Source: Candidatus Altiarchaeota archaeon (GTDB taxonomy: Archaea; Altiarchaeota; Altiarchaeia; IMC4; QMZM01). Taken from it: a stretch of 64,000 nucleotides of DNA. Positions 8,458 to 18,560 of this stretch are shown one piece after another. Every line of letters begins with the position of its first letter. The stretch's first letter is position 1. The notes under the pieces were generated by a model. That model made no database searches. It saw only the letters and a program-made list of their open reading frames with translations, and was not told the origin of the DNA. Where the stretch lies: the NCBI GenBank assembly GCA_038891095.1, contig JAWAEV010000001.1:196468-260467 (forward strand), given 5' to 3'. The position numbers and the translations under genes are program-made.

Positions 8458-9432
8458 TTACCACCACATCTTAAAACTTTTGTATTCCTTATTCCCAAGA
8501 ATATGATCAATCAACTTTTGACATTCTATCCTTATGATCTCAGTATAATTAACTTTCCTTCCAAGTCCTGGGTAGAAAATTGTTGTAGATAATTTTTTAT
8601 CAAAAGCTTCAATGAATATCTTTTTTCCTTTATTGTTGAGAAGGACTCCGCCTTCAACTTTTTCAAAGCAATCTTTATCAATTTCTTTTTTATTCACCAA
8701 AGAGAATATTGTTCTAGAAACAAACAATGGTTTAAAAATTTCTGCTATATCCAAAGCCAAAGAAAATCTTCTCTCTGAAGGCTCATGCAGAAAAGAAATC
8801 GCAGGATTTAAGTATGTACGATAAATTTCACCTAAACATTTTGTATAAAGTAAGGCATTCCCAAAGCTTATTAATGAATTGACTTCGTTGCTTGGCGGCC
8901 TTTTTTCTCGTTTTATAAGTTTAAATCCTCTCAGAATTTTGTCAAATGAGTTATAGTAGTTACTCCAAATTCTACCCTCTATTGACATCAGTTCAGGAAT
9001 GTTAGAGCATTTCTCTATATCTAAAGCTTCTATAACTTCAGTGTTTATATCTCTTCCTCTGTTTTTATAATACTCTAAATTTTTCAGGATATTATGTTTT
9101 ATTCCTCTCACTATTTCCTTCGCTATTTTTATTCTCTTTTCATTGTCAAGGTAATGTTCTGCTTGCTTTACAATAACATTCCCAGATATTAAAAATTCTC
9201 TTGGATATAAAGTTCCTTGATACCAGCCATACATGCTATAGAAATGTATGGGTATTTGTTTTTTCATTAAGTAACTTAAGCAGCCACTTTTTATTGTAAC
9301 TCTTGTGCAACATATTACTTCTGAAATGGAATTTATTGGCACTGCTTTTTTTCCTTCAAAATTTTGGAAGAATAAAGTACTTTTATTTCTGTATAAAATA
9401 CCTTCATTTAGCAAATATACTGTTTCTTTCAT
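8458..9432 (-). CDS. cas1: CRISPR-associated Cas1 (I-B-like, no RT or Cas4 fusion)
   Basis: IEGR, N-x-LISFGN, SFLHEP, LDIAEIFKP; ATG at 9432. Confidence 0.96.
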   Translation of the reverse strand: MKETVYLLNEGILYRNKSTLFFQNFEGKKAVPINSISEVICCTRVTIKSGCLSYLMKKQIPIHFYSMYGWYQGTLYPREFLISGNVIVKQAEHYLDNEKRIKIAKEIVRGIKHNILKNLEYYKNRGRDINTEVIEALDIEKCSNIPELMSIEGRIWSNYYNSFDKILRGFKLIKREKRPPSNEVNSLISFGNALLYTKCLGEIYRTYLNPAISFLHEPSERRFSLALDIAEIFKPLFVSRTIFSLVNKKEIDKDCFEKVEGGVLLNNKGKKIFIEAFDKKLSTTIFYPGLGRKVNYTEIIRIECQKLIDHILGNKEYKSFKMWW

Positions 9433-9537
9433 TGCTAACAATTATAAAAATTTCAAATATTTATATAATTGCCATAACTGTTAGCCTATATGACTAATAT
9501 TTAAAGGGTCTCTTTTTAAGCACTCATAAGTAATAAT

Positions 9538-9557
9538 TACCATAAATATTTTTGGTA
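9538..9557. promoter_or_regulatory. 20-bp near-perfect palindrome, candidate operator
   Basis: TACCATAAAT/ATTTTTGGTA (9 of 10 pairs), 3 bp before the ATG of the CARF-wHTH gene in the divergent cas1/csm promoter region. Confidence 0.5.
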
Positions 9558-9560
9558 GAT

Positions 9561-10199
9561 ATGACAATAATGTTCGTTCCTGTTGGCGAACAAATAAAAC
9601 CAATATACGAAGGCTTCAAATATGTTAAGAATGTTGACAAAGTTTATTTATTAGCTTCTAAAAAAACCATAGGATATGCCAGTGAAGTGAGCGAAAAGAT
9701 AGGTGAGATTTACAACACAGAAATTCTTGATGTTACTCCAGAAGAACTTGACAATGTTATCTGCAAACTAATAGAAGTTGCAGAAAAACATAAAAAAGAT
9801 AAAGTGGTTTCTAATGTAACAGGAGGGACAAAAATAATGTCTCTCTCATGTTATATTTTATGCTCATATCTTGGCGGTGATGCATTTTATATCTTCAAGA
9901 CTGATGAGGGTAAAATGAGATACATAGAAATGCCTGTTCTAAAGATAAAATTAAATTCAATTATAGAGGAAAAATCAACTCGAAGTAGAATATTGGAAAA
10001 GCTAATGGAGAGAGAGTATAGCTCTTTAACTTCATTAGCAAAAGAATTAAGAATAAAAAATTCGACTTTAAGTGCTTTGCTTGATGATCTAAGTGAGCAA
10101 GGTCTCATAAAACTAAAAAGAGAAGGGAGGAAATTAAAAATTGAAATTTCAAAAACAGGAAAGATAATTTACAAAATCAGAAAGTTCAAAAATGAATGA
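9561..10199 (+). CDS. csa3: CARF + winged-helix transcriptional regulator (Csa3-like)
   Basis: CARF motif NVTGGTKIM; C-terminal wHTH SLTSLAKEL..STLS..L..L.EQGLI; overlaps the cas10 start. Confidence 0.82.
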   Translation: MTIMFVPVGEQIKPIYEGFKYVKNVDKVYLLASKKTIGYASEVSEKIGEIYNTEILDVTPEELDNVICKLIEVAEKHKKDKVVSNVTGGTKIMSLSCYILCSYLGGDAFYIFKTDEGKMRYIEMPVLKIKLNSIIEEKSTRSRILEKLMEREYSSLTSLAKELRIKNSTLSALLDDLSEQGLIKLKREGRKLKIEISKTGKIIYKIRKFKNE

Positions 10200-12597
10200 T
10201 GAAGAGAGAATTTTAATTTTAGGAGCATTGTTGCATGATATCGGGAAATTTCTCGAAAGAGCAGGATTTACAGAAAAAATAGAGGACAATAATGTTAGTT
10301 ATAAGCATCCAATGATTGGAGCATATTTTCTAGATTATCTAAACTTAGGTGAAGATATTGTCAATTTAGTTCTATTCCATCATAACCCAGAGCATGCCCC
10401 AAAGAATATAAAAAATTTGAGTTATATCCTTCAATTATCTGATTGGTTAAGTAGTGGTGAGAGAAAAAAATCTGAGGAGGAGATAGATGAAGGTAGGAGA
10501 TTTCAATGTATGATTTCTGTATTTAATAGAGTAAAAATAGAAAAAAATAACTCTGATCTAAGATATGAGGAGTGCCATAAGTATAATACAGTACCATTAA
10601 AGTTTAATAATTTAATATTCCCAAAAAAAGAACCAGACATCATAGATTATAAATATCTTTTTGAAGGAATTAAAAACAAGAACAATCAGAATTATAAATT
10701 ATTTTTATCAAATTTCAGAAAGGACATAACAGAAAAAAATATAGAAGACCCTGTAGTCCTTTTATCGTTATTACAAAAATATTGGTGGTGTGTGCCAGCA
10801 CAGACATATTCAAAAGAGCTTGAAGGGGGTAAATATCTCCCAGATATCTCTCTATTTGATCATTCTAAAACAACGTGCTCAATTGCGTTATGTTTATATA
10901 AGCTAAATAAAACAGGGGTCATAAATGGGGATATATTAAAGGAATTACTGGAAAATCCTCCATGGAAAGAGAATAGAAATCCAGAAGTATGGGAGAGGAA
11001 ACTATTTAAGTTGATTTATGGGGATATATCTGGCATTCAGGATTTTATTTATACTATAAGAACATCTGGGGCCGCTAAATCACTTAAAGGTAGATCATTA
11101 GCATTGGTTCTATTACAAAGATTTATAGCTGAGCATATTTTGATGAAGCTTAATCTACAGCTAACAAATCTTATCTTCTCTGGTGGAGGACATTTCTATA
11201 TACTTGCACCACTTGACCTCTGCGGAGAGAATATAGAAGATATAAAAAGAGAGATTAATAAAAAATTGTTTGAAAAATTTGGGACAAAGTTATATCTAAC
11301 GCTTGGTTATGTCGAGTTATGCCCAGAGGATTTTATAGGCAAGAATTTTTCTAATAAATGGAAAGAGGTTGCGGAGGAGAATAATAAACAGAAAATAAGG
11401 AAATATAAAGAACTAGGTTATGAGGAGATATTCAAAGAATTTGATATCGGCGGAAAAAGCAAAATTTGTGGTATCTGCGGCAGTAATAGAGAGGTGAATT
11501 ATAAGGATGATGAGATAGACGTATGTTCAAATTGTCATTCATTTAGAAATGTTGTCAGCTATCTAAAAGAGGTTCAAAATGAAGGAAGATTCAATATTTC
11601 AAAGATAAAAAAGGAGTTACCTATAATTTCAGATTTTGATATACTTCTAAATGATAATGTTTATTTAACACCGGATAATTTACCTTTTTTTTCTATTCCT
11701 ATTGGAATTCCTCATGGGAGAGATGGTAAAATAAAAGAATTTAACGAACTTGCAGAAGATGCAGAGAATGACACTGGAACAAGAAAGATAGCGATACTTA
11801 AGATGGACGTCGATAATCTTGGAAAAATTTTTACTCAAGGATTAGGTGAGGATGCTACTATTTCAAGGATGAGCACTCTTAGTAACATGTTATCCTTATT
11901 CTTTGAGGGTTATCTTAACGAATTTATAAGAAGTAGATATTCTGACGATGTCTATCTTATATATTCAGGAGGTGATGATACTCTAATTGTTTGTAGATGG
12001 GACAAGATGATTTATCTTGCATATGATATATACAAGGAGTTTAGAGCGTATACATGCAATAATCCAGATATAACTATCAGTGCAGGAATTGTGATTGTTG
12101 ATCCTAAATACCCACTAAGAAAATCAGTTGATGTGGCCCATCATCTTTTAGATGAAATTGCTAAAGAAGGTGATAAAAATGCTGTTGGTATCTTTGGGCA
12201 TAGAGTAAAATGGCGTATAGAAAATGATGGGGGTTCTAATGAGTTTGAGAAAGTTATAGAAATTGAAAGAATCCTTGTTAAATCAATTAAATCTTCCGCA
12301 TCAAAGCAATTGATCCAAAGAGTTAAGTCCTCTATAATTGATCTTGAAAAAGGACTGAATGGTATGGAAGTAGATTTGAAATATTATTGGAGGTTGAAGT
12401 ACTATCTTCATAGGAATTATTATAACGAGAAAGAAAATTGTTGGAAAATCAAAGAGATTGAGGATTTAAAGAAAAAAATATACAATGATATTCTCGACAG
12501 AAATGTATTCAATAAAGATGTTGAGTGTAATCCTTGGTTAATACCAATTGCAGCAAGGATTGCTGAATTAAAAACAAGAAAGGAGGTGAGAAAATGA
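10192..12597 (+). CDS. cas10: Type III-A Cas10/Csm1 with HD nuclease and cyclase palm
   Basis: LLHDIGK HD motif, GDISGIQDFIY, Zn CGIC..CSNC, MDVDNLG, YSGGDD. Confidence 0.97.
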   Translation: MNDEERILILGALLHDIGKFLERAGFTEKIEDNNVSYKHPMIGAYFLDYLNLGEDIVNLVLFHHNPEHAPKNIKNLSYILQLSDWLSSGERKKSEEEIDEGRRFQCMISVFNRVKIEKNNSDLRYEECHKYNTVPLKFNNLIFPKKEPDIIDYKYLFEGIKNKNNQNYKLFLSNFRKDITEKNIEDPVVLLSLLQKYWWCVPAQTYSKELEGGKYLPDISLFDHSKTTCSIALCLYKLNKTGVINGDILKELLENPPWKENRNPEVWERKLFKLIYGDISGIQDFIYTIRTSGAAKSLKGRSLALVLLQRFIAEHILMKLNLQLTNLIFSGGGHFYILAPLDLCGENIEDIKREINKKLFEKFGTKLYLTLGYVELCPEDFIGKNFSNKWKEVAEENNKQKIRKYKELGYEEIFKEFDIGGKSKICGICGSNREVNYKDDEIDVCSNCHSFRNVVSYLKEVQNEGRFNISKIKKELPIISDFDILLNDNVYLTPDNLPFFSIPIGIPHGRDGKIKEFNELAEDAENDTGTRKIAILKMDVDNLGKIFTQGLGEDATISRMSTLSNMLSLFFEGYLNEFIRSRYSDDVYLIYSGGDDTLIVCRWDKMIYLAYDIYKEFRAYTCNNPDITISAGIVIVDPKYPLRKSVDVAHHLLDEIAKEGDKNAVGIFGHRVKWRIENDGGSNEFEKVIEIERILVKSIKSSASKQLIQRVKSSIIDLEKGLNGMEVDLKYYWRLKYYLHRNYYNEKENCWKIKEIEDLKKKIYNDILDRNVFNKDVECNPWLIPIAARIAELKTRKEVRK

Positions 12598-13010
12598 ATG
12601 GAGGAAAGTATGAGAAAAAGGATTTTAATGAAGAAGTACGTTCTTTACTTAATGATGAAGAGATAGATAAAATTTTAAACTTAAAAGACGAAAATGTCGA
12701 ATTGTTTGTAAAAAAGGCAGAAGAATGTGCAAAAGAATTTAAGTTCTCTGCATCTAAACTAAGAAGTTTCTATGATCCTATAAAAGGAATGAAAGAATAC
12801 CAGAAAATAAAACTTTATTTATTGAAACCAAAGATTGCTTATGCTGTTGGAAAAGAAGAGAGGGAGAAGAGATTAGAATTAAAAAAATTCCAAAAAACAA
12901 TGGAAAAACTAATCGAAAAGACTAATGAAAATAATTTCGAGAACTTTAAAAGTTTCTTTGAGGCAATTGTTGCTTATCATAAAATATATGGAGGTAAAAA
13001 ATGGAACTAA
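12594..13010 (+). CDS. csm2: Type III-A small subunit Csm2
   Basis: LRSFY, LKPKIAYAVG, FFEAIVAYHK. Confidence 0.95.
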   Translation: MNGGKYEKKDFNEEVRSLLNDEEIDKILNLKDENVELFVKKAEECAKEFKFSASKLRSFYDPIKGMKEYQKIKLYLLKPKIAYAVGKEEREKRLELKKFQKTMEKLIEKTNENNFENFKSFFEAIVAYHKIYGGKKWN

Positions 13011-13699
13011 TGGGAAAATTTTTCATACATGGGGATATCAAAACAATTACTGGATTACATATCGGTGGACAAAAAGAAACATTGGATATCGGAGGGGTAG
13101 ATAATCCAATAATTAGAGATGGAAAAGGTAGAATCTATATTCCTGGGAGTTCCCTAAAGGGAAAAATAAGATGCTTATTGGAGAGAAAATATAGTACAAA
13201 AAAAACAAAAAAAGAAGGTGATCCATGTGGATGTGGAGAATGCCCGATATGTAAAATATTTGGTCCGCACTCAGATGATGTCAAAGAGCCGTCAAGAATA
13301 ATTATTAGAGATAGCTATTTGCTAGATGATGCAAAAACAACAGAAATAAAGTCTGAAAATATTATAGATAGAATCTCAGGTAAGGCACTACATCCAAGAG
13401 ATACTGAGAGAGTTCCAACTGATTCTAGGTTCAAGTTTGAGGTCATATTTAATATCTATGATGAAAATGCAGATATAGAGTTGATAAAGAAGTTCATTGA
13501 AGGGATGGAATTACTTGAGGATGATTATCTTGGCGGTTCTGGTTCAAGAGGATATGGAAAAATTAAATTCGAGGACATATCACTATCTTACAAAAAAAAG
13601 GAGTACTACGAAGGAGATGAAACTAAAAAAATGAATATTCCAGATATAAAAGGAATAAAAGAACTTAGAGAGAAATTAAATGAACTTAAATTCTCTTGA
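13001..13699 (+). CDS. csm3: Type III-A backbone RNase Csm3
   Basis: TGLHIGG, catalytic GGVDNP, IPGSSLKGK, YLGGSGSRGYG. Confidence 0.96.
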   Translation: MELMGKFFIHGDIKTITGLHIGGQKETLDIGGVDNPIIRDGKGRIYIPGSSLKGKIRCLLERKYSTKKTKKEGDPCGCGECPICKIFGPHSDDVKEPSRIIIRDSYLLDDAKTTEIKSENIIDRISGKALHPRDTERVPTDSRFKFEVIFNIYDENADIELIKKFIEGMELLEDDYLGGSGSRGYGKIKFEDISLSYKKKEYYEGDETKKMNIPDIKGIKELREKLNELKFS

Positions 13700-13701
13700 A
13701 A

Positions 13702-14685
13702 ATGAAGATAGTAAAATTATTCCCTGCAGAAGATGGTAAATATCATTTTGGAGACCATATGTTAGAATCTACGTCACTAATATTCCACTCAGACTCTCTA
13801 TTTAGTGCAATTATAAATAACTACAGAAAATTATACCCCATTAATGTAAAAGAGGACGTAGAACATCTAAAGAACATAAAGATATCCTCGGTATTCCCAG
13901 CATATGATGATGTGTTATTTATTCCAAGACCGATAACAAAATTAAATTTTGGTAAAAAGATGGAAAACTATATTGAAAAGAAATCTAAAGATATTAAAAA
14001 TATAGAGTTTATATCTCTAAAAGCACTTAGAGACCATAATAATGGAACTTTGGATTTTAATATTGAAACTGTAATTGATAAAAAATTTCTTATTTCAAAA
14101 GATGAAGATAAAAGGGAGAATATTTTTTTTGAGATAACTGAAGAAAAGGTAGGAATAAATCGTACAAATAATAAAGCATCTGAAGGAAATTTATTTGTTA
14201 TTTCGTATGTAAAACCACAGGATAATACTTACTTCTATTTTTTCTTAGATGAAAAAGTAGAAAATGACATTAAAAAGAAACTTTATGCTTCAATTCGATT
14301 AATTGCTGACGAGGGACTTGGTGGTGAGAGAACTAGTGGTGCCGGTTTATTTGACGAAATTAAAATTGAGGATTATAATGGATTTGAAAATTATTATATT
14401 GATTCTAATTATAATATGTCACTTTCGCTAGTGTTTCCAAAAGATAAAACAGAATTTGAATGTGCTGAGACATATCAATTAGTTGAGAGGAAAGGATTTA
14501 TTTATTTTGCAAAAGGAAGTGGCTCAAGAAAAAAAGGTATATTAATGATTAAGGAAGGTAGCATCTTTAAAGAAAATATTGAAGGTAAGGTTATAGATGT
14601 GTCCCCAAATGATGAATGTACTATTTGTAAATTTGGTCGATTTTTTGGTATACCGATAAAATATATTGAAAATGATCCAAAATAG
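13702..14685 (+). CDS. csm4: Type III-A Csm4
   Basis: HFG, HSDSLFSA, ISSVFP, GLGGERTSGAG. Confidence 0.93.
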   Translation: MKIVKLFPAEDGKYHFGDHMLESTSLIFHSDSLFSAIINNYRKLYPINVKEDVEHLKNIKISSVFPAYDDVLFIPRPITKLNFGKKMENYIEKKSKDIKNIEFISLKALRDHNNGTLDFNIETVIDKKFLISKDEDKRENIFFEITEEKVGINRTNNKASEGNLFVISYVKPQDNTYFYFFLDEKVENDIKKKLYASIRLIADEGLGGERTSGAGLFDEIKIEDYNGFENYYIDSNYNMSLSLVFPKDKTEFECAETYQLVERKGFIYFAKGSGSRKKGILMIKEGSIFKENIEGKVIDVSPNDECTICKFGRFFGIPIKYIENDPK

Positions 14686-15721
14686 TTTGGAATTAATATG
14701 TGAAACTCCGGTACACATTGGGAATGGTAAAAAATATACATTTTTAGACTACTTCTTGGATGGTGGATTTATACATATAATTGACACTGAGAAGATATTT
14801 GATGACATAAATAAAATTGAAGTTATAGATGGGTTATGTAGAGATATAGAAAATAAAATCATAAATGGTCAAGCACAAATAGACATCAGAGAGTTCTTTG
14901 GCCAATATGGAATAGATCCATGGAGATACGTAATCAAAAAGATAAGAACAAATGTGAAACCATCAAGAAGAGTTCAGATATCTCAATTTATAAATCAGAA
15001 TGGAAATTGTTATATCCCTGGAAGTTCTATTAAAGGTGCAATAAGAACCGCATATCTATTCGATTACTATGACAAAGACATTGATAAATTAGTCAAAATT
15101 TTAGAGGATCAAAGAATACGAAATAAATACAAAAAACTTAATGAAGAAGCAATAGGTGGTATAGAGGAGGATATTTTTAGACATATCCAAGTAACGGACT
15201 CTAGTTATATTAATAAAAATAATTTTATCGTTATAGAAGCAAAAAGGTATAATAACATAAAGAAGCAATGGGGAAATCCTGTATATTTAGAAGTAATAGA
15301 CAAAGAAACACGTATTGAATTCAATGTAAAGATCGATGAAAGGTTTAAGAAATCAATTAATGATATTATGTCTTGGTGTAATAATTTATCTAAAATTATT
15401 GCGGAATACGAGATGAATAATAGATATAATAGCAATGACTTGAAAAAATATTATAAGTCTTTATATGATAACATTAAAGAAGACGGTGAGCATTTCTACT
15501 TGAATCTCGGATTTGGCGGTGGGCATATAACAAAAACAGTATATCTTCTATTATGGAAATACAAGAAAGATTTGAAATTAATAAGAGGTTTACTTAAAAT
15601 TGAAAAACTAATAAAGAAAAGTATGAGGGTAAACAATTTCTATGAATTTCCAAGAACGAGAGTTATCTTCAATAATCTCCCAATAGGTTGGGTAAAAATA
15701 AGTAAATTAAAGAATGTTTGA
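14672..15721 (+). CDS. csm5: Type III-A Csm5
   Basis: TPVHIGNG, YIPGSSIKGAIRTA, LGFGGG, PRTR...GWV. Confidence 0.93.
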   Translation: MIQNSLELICETPVHIGNGKKYTFLDYFLDGGFIHIIDTEKIFDDINKIEVIDGLCRDIENKIINGQAQIDIREFFGQYGIDPWRYVIKKIRTNVKPSRRVQISQFINQNGNCYIPGSSIKGAIRTAYLFDYYDKDIDKLVKILEDQRIRNKYKKLNEEAIGGIEEDIFRHIQVTDSSYINKNNFIVIEAKRYNNIKKQWGNPVYLEVIDKETRIEFNVKIDERFKKSINDIMSWCNNLSKIIAEYEMNNRYNSNDLKKYYKSLYDNIKEDGEHFYLNLGFGGGHITKTVYLLLWKYKKDLKLIRGLLKIEKLIKKSMRVNNFYEFPRTRVIFNNLPIGWVKISKLKNV

Positions 15722-15786
15722 AGAGAACACTAAATCAATAGAATTTACTCAGCAGGGAGAACCATTGGGCTGGATGAAATTTGAGA

Positions 15787-16089
15787 ATGAATAAAATAAA
15801 TGCAGTAGTTGAGAAACTTAAGGAATATGGAGCGGAGAAGATAATCCTGTTTGGATCAGCTGCAAAGAGAGAGATAGATGAATATAGCGACCTAGATTTT
15901 TTAATGATCAAAAAAACAAGGCTGAGATTTTTGAGAAGATTGATAGAAGTTGGAAAAATTTTGAGAGAATTCGGTAAGGTAGATGTATTTATATATACCC
16001 CTAAAGAATTTGAAAAGATGAAAGAAATGAGAAATCCCTTTATTGAGAGAGCTTTAAAGGAGGGGAAGGTTGTATATGAAAAGAAATAA
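15787..16089 (+). CDS. Minimal nucleotidyltransferase (MNT)
   Basis: ILFGS-x10-DLD motif; paired with the downstream HEPN gene. Confidence 0.9.
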   Translation: MNKINAVVEKLKEYGAEKIILFGSAAKREIDEYSDLDFLMIKKTRLRFLRRLIEVGKILREFGKVDVFIYTPKEFEKMKEMRNPFIERALKEGKVVYEKK

Positions 16090-16480
16090 AGAAGATGCTT
16101 TAAGATGGTTTGAGCAAGCGAAACATGATTTTAGAGTAGCTGAAAATAATCTTAAATCTGGATTTTATGCAGATGCCTGTTTCATGTGCGAACAAGCTGC
16201 TCAGAAGGCATTGAAGGCATATCTTATCTACAATGGGAGGAGGTATATATGGGAGCATTCAATTCAAGAGTTAGCTAGGTTATCTATGGAACATGAAAAG
16301 AAATTTAGAAAGGTTATAGATGCTGGAATAATCCTTGATAGATTTTATATCCCTACGAGATATCCGGATGCATTAGCTCCACCAGCTATACCTTATAAGT
16401 CATATAGAAAAGAGGATGCATTGGAAGCAATAAAGCTAACTGAAGAAATAATTAGACTGGTGGGTGAAAAACTAAAGTAA
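16076..16480 (+). CDS. HEPN domain protein (MNT-HEPN pair)
   Basis: W...A..D...A, CF.CEQAAQKALKA, HS, YIPTRYPD pattern of archaeal HEPN. Confidence 0.9.
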   Translation: MKRNKEDALRWFEQAKHDFRVAENNLKSGFYADACFMCEQAAQKALKAYLIYNGRRYIWEHSIQELARLSMEHEKKFRKVIDAGIILDRFYIPTRYPDALAPPAIPYKSYRKEDALEAIKLTEEIIRLVGEKLK

Positions 16481-16519
16481 AGGAAAAATAGAAGAGGAGA
16501 AAAATTATTTAATTAAGAA

Positions 16520-17827
16520 ATGAAAAAAGTTGCATTATTAATGACTGTTGGAACAGGAATTAAAGGTAGGGAAGAGGAGAGCAGAGATAGTCAAGGGCAC
16601 GGTATCGCTTTTGCTATAGAAAGATCAAATCCAGAAAAGATAGTTTTCTTTTGCACTAAGGAAAGTGAGAAAACTTTAGAGTATGTGTTAAGATATCTTA
16701 AAGATAATAAATTAAAGAAAATTTTTAATAGTTCAGAAAGAATTATGCTTAGAAGCTATTCTGATCCTATTCTTATAATAAGAGATATTAAACCAAAGTT
16801 TGAAGAGGCAAAAAGTAATAATGATAAAATAATTGTAGTTCCTACTTTTGGAACAAAAGCAATGACCTCAGTCATTTTCAACCTTGGAGTTTTATATAAG
16901 TCGGAGCTTTACTCTGTTGAAGGTGATCGCGGAGAGAATGGAATTGTCAAAAAAGGTACTGAAACTTGGCAAGAACAGAACGTATATCTGATTTTTGATA
17001 TGTTTTACTTTGATAAAGTAAAGGATTTTTTTAATAGAAATAACTTTGACGCATCATCTGAATATCTAAACAACATAATTTCAGATAAAATTGAGGAACT
17101 CAAAAAGAGCGAATTAAGAACTTTGATAGAAGGTTTTAGTTCTTGGGATAAATTTGATCATAAAAACGCATATATCAAATTGAAAGAATTAGAGAATGAA
17201 CTCAGGAAAAAGTTTGAGAGTAATATAGAATTTATTAAAGGGATATGTTCACTTGAGCATGAAATAAAAAATTTAGAGAAAAAAGGGAATAAAGATGAGA
17301 ATGTGAAACAAAAAAAGTGCAAATTAATTCAACTTTTGATGATAGATTTACTTGCTAATGCATCTCGCAGAATTTCTGAAGGAAGATATGATGATGCTGT
17401 TGCAAGACTCTACAGGTTGGTAGAGCTAATAGCTCAGTATAGGTTATATTCAAACTATAATCTCTCCACAAATGAATTTTTTGATGAGGTCTCAACATTG
17501 ATGGATCTATATAGGTATAGAGATAAATTTAATAATGAAGGTGAAATGGAAGAATATGTAGATAAGGAAGGCAAGTTAAAGATAGGACTAAAGAAATCTT
17601 ATTCTTTACTTGAAAAACTTGACGATGATATAGGTAAAAAATTTGTAGGAGACGAAGATATGAAAAAATTGTTGGGTATCAGAAATAACTCTATTTTAGC
17701 CCACGGTATAAACCCTGTGGACAAAAAAACTGCTGAAAATTTGTTATCTAAGGTAGAAAATATGATAAAAGGTATAATAGAAAACTACGAAAAATTGATA
17801 GAAGGAGCGAGATTTTCAAAACTTTAA
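16520..17827 (+). CDS. CARF-HEPN ancillary ribonuclease (TIGR02710/Csm6-like)
   Basis: MTVGT and TFGTKAM CARF motifs; YDDAVARLYRLVE; RNNSILAHG HEPN R-x-H motif. Confidence 0.88.
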   Translation: MKKVALLMTVGTGIKGREEESRDSQGHGIAFAIERSNPEKIVFFCTKESEKTLEYVLRYLKDNKLKKIFNSSERIMLRSYSDPILIIRDIKPKFEEAKSNNDKIIVVPTFGTKAMTSVIFNLGVLYKSELYSVEGDRGENGIVKKGTETWQEQNVYLIFDMFYFDKVKDFFNRNNFDASSEYLNNIISDKIEELKKSELRTLIEGFSSWDKFDHKNAYIKLKELENELRKKFESNIEFIKGICSLEHEIKNLEKKGNKDENVKQKKCKLIQLLMIDLLANASRRISEGRYDDAVARLYRLVELIAQYRLYSNYNLSTNEFFDEVSTLMDLYRYRDKFNNEGEMEEYVDKEGKLKIGLKKSYSLLEKLDDDIGKKFVGDEDMKKLLGIRNNSILAHGINPVDKKTAENLLSKVENMIKGIIENYEKLIEGARFSKL

Positions 17828-17846
17828 AATTTATCCATATTTAATT

Positions 17847-18560
17847 TTATCGTATCGGATTTATAAATCCGAAACCAAAAGAATTTTTCTCACCTAAACC
17901 ACAATCCATTATGAATTCGTAAAATTTTCTGTCTTCTCTTTTTATGTGAAACTTTTCTAAAAGAGACCAAACACTTCCTATAATTATAAACTTTCTATTA
18001 TTTTTTACATTTTCAATAGAAACTTCTTTTTTGAATTTTAATTTATCGAATATTCTCTCCTCAAGGGAATAATTGTCAGAATAAAATGCATTAAATTTTT
18101 TGACAGCGTTTTCCTCTAGTCTTTTAATAAAAAACTCTACGTTTCTATCCCTCTTAAAAGAGTAATAAAGATTTTTCTTGTTATCCTTATAAAGAACTAT
18201 AGGGCTTCCAGATATAAATCTGTTTTTCAATTTTAAATTCACTTCTTTGATATCTTTCACATAAATTTCGTGTGAGCCAAGTTTTAGGACCTCAGCACAC
18301 CTTAGAGACTCAGCTAATGCTTTAATAAAATTTTTGTTCGGTGATGATACCAAAAGCATTTTCGCTTCTTCGTTTTTAAAATCACTCACAGGGAAGATAT
18401 CAGAAAAGCAGAAGAATTTGAATTTTTTTGAGTCGTGAATTTTTGAGAAGTCGTTATCTTTTGTTTTTAGTAGAGAGTATATAAAGCCCTGAACCATGTG
18501 TTTGCTAATCTCCTCATAAGAAAAATCTTCAAGAGGTTCAAAGGTTATGATCAGTCTCAT
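17847..18560 (-). CDS. cas6: crRNA-processing endoribonuclease Cas6
   Basis: KFFCFS, C-terminal G-loop [11 protein letters not shown]. Confidence 0.94.
   Translation of the reverse strand: MRLIITFEPLEDFSYEEISKHMVQGFIYSLLKTKDNDFSKIHDSKKFKFFCFSDIFPVSDFKNEEAKMLLVSSPNKNFIKALAESLRCAEVLKLGSHEIYVKDIKEVNLKLKNRFISGSPIVLYKDNKKNLYYSFKRDRNVEFFIKRLEENAVKKFNAFYSDNYSLEERIFDKLKFKKEVSIENVKNNRKFIIIGSVWSLLEKFHIKREDRKFYEFIMDCGLGEKNSFGFGFINPIR

Noticed and set aside
8458-9432. RT-Cas1 or Cas4-Cas1 fusion
   Set aside because: Length (~324 aa) and motifs fit a stand-alone Cas1
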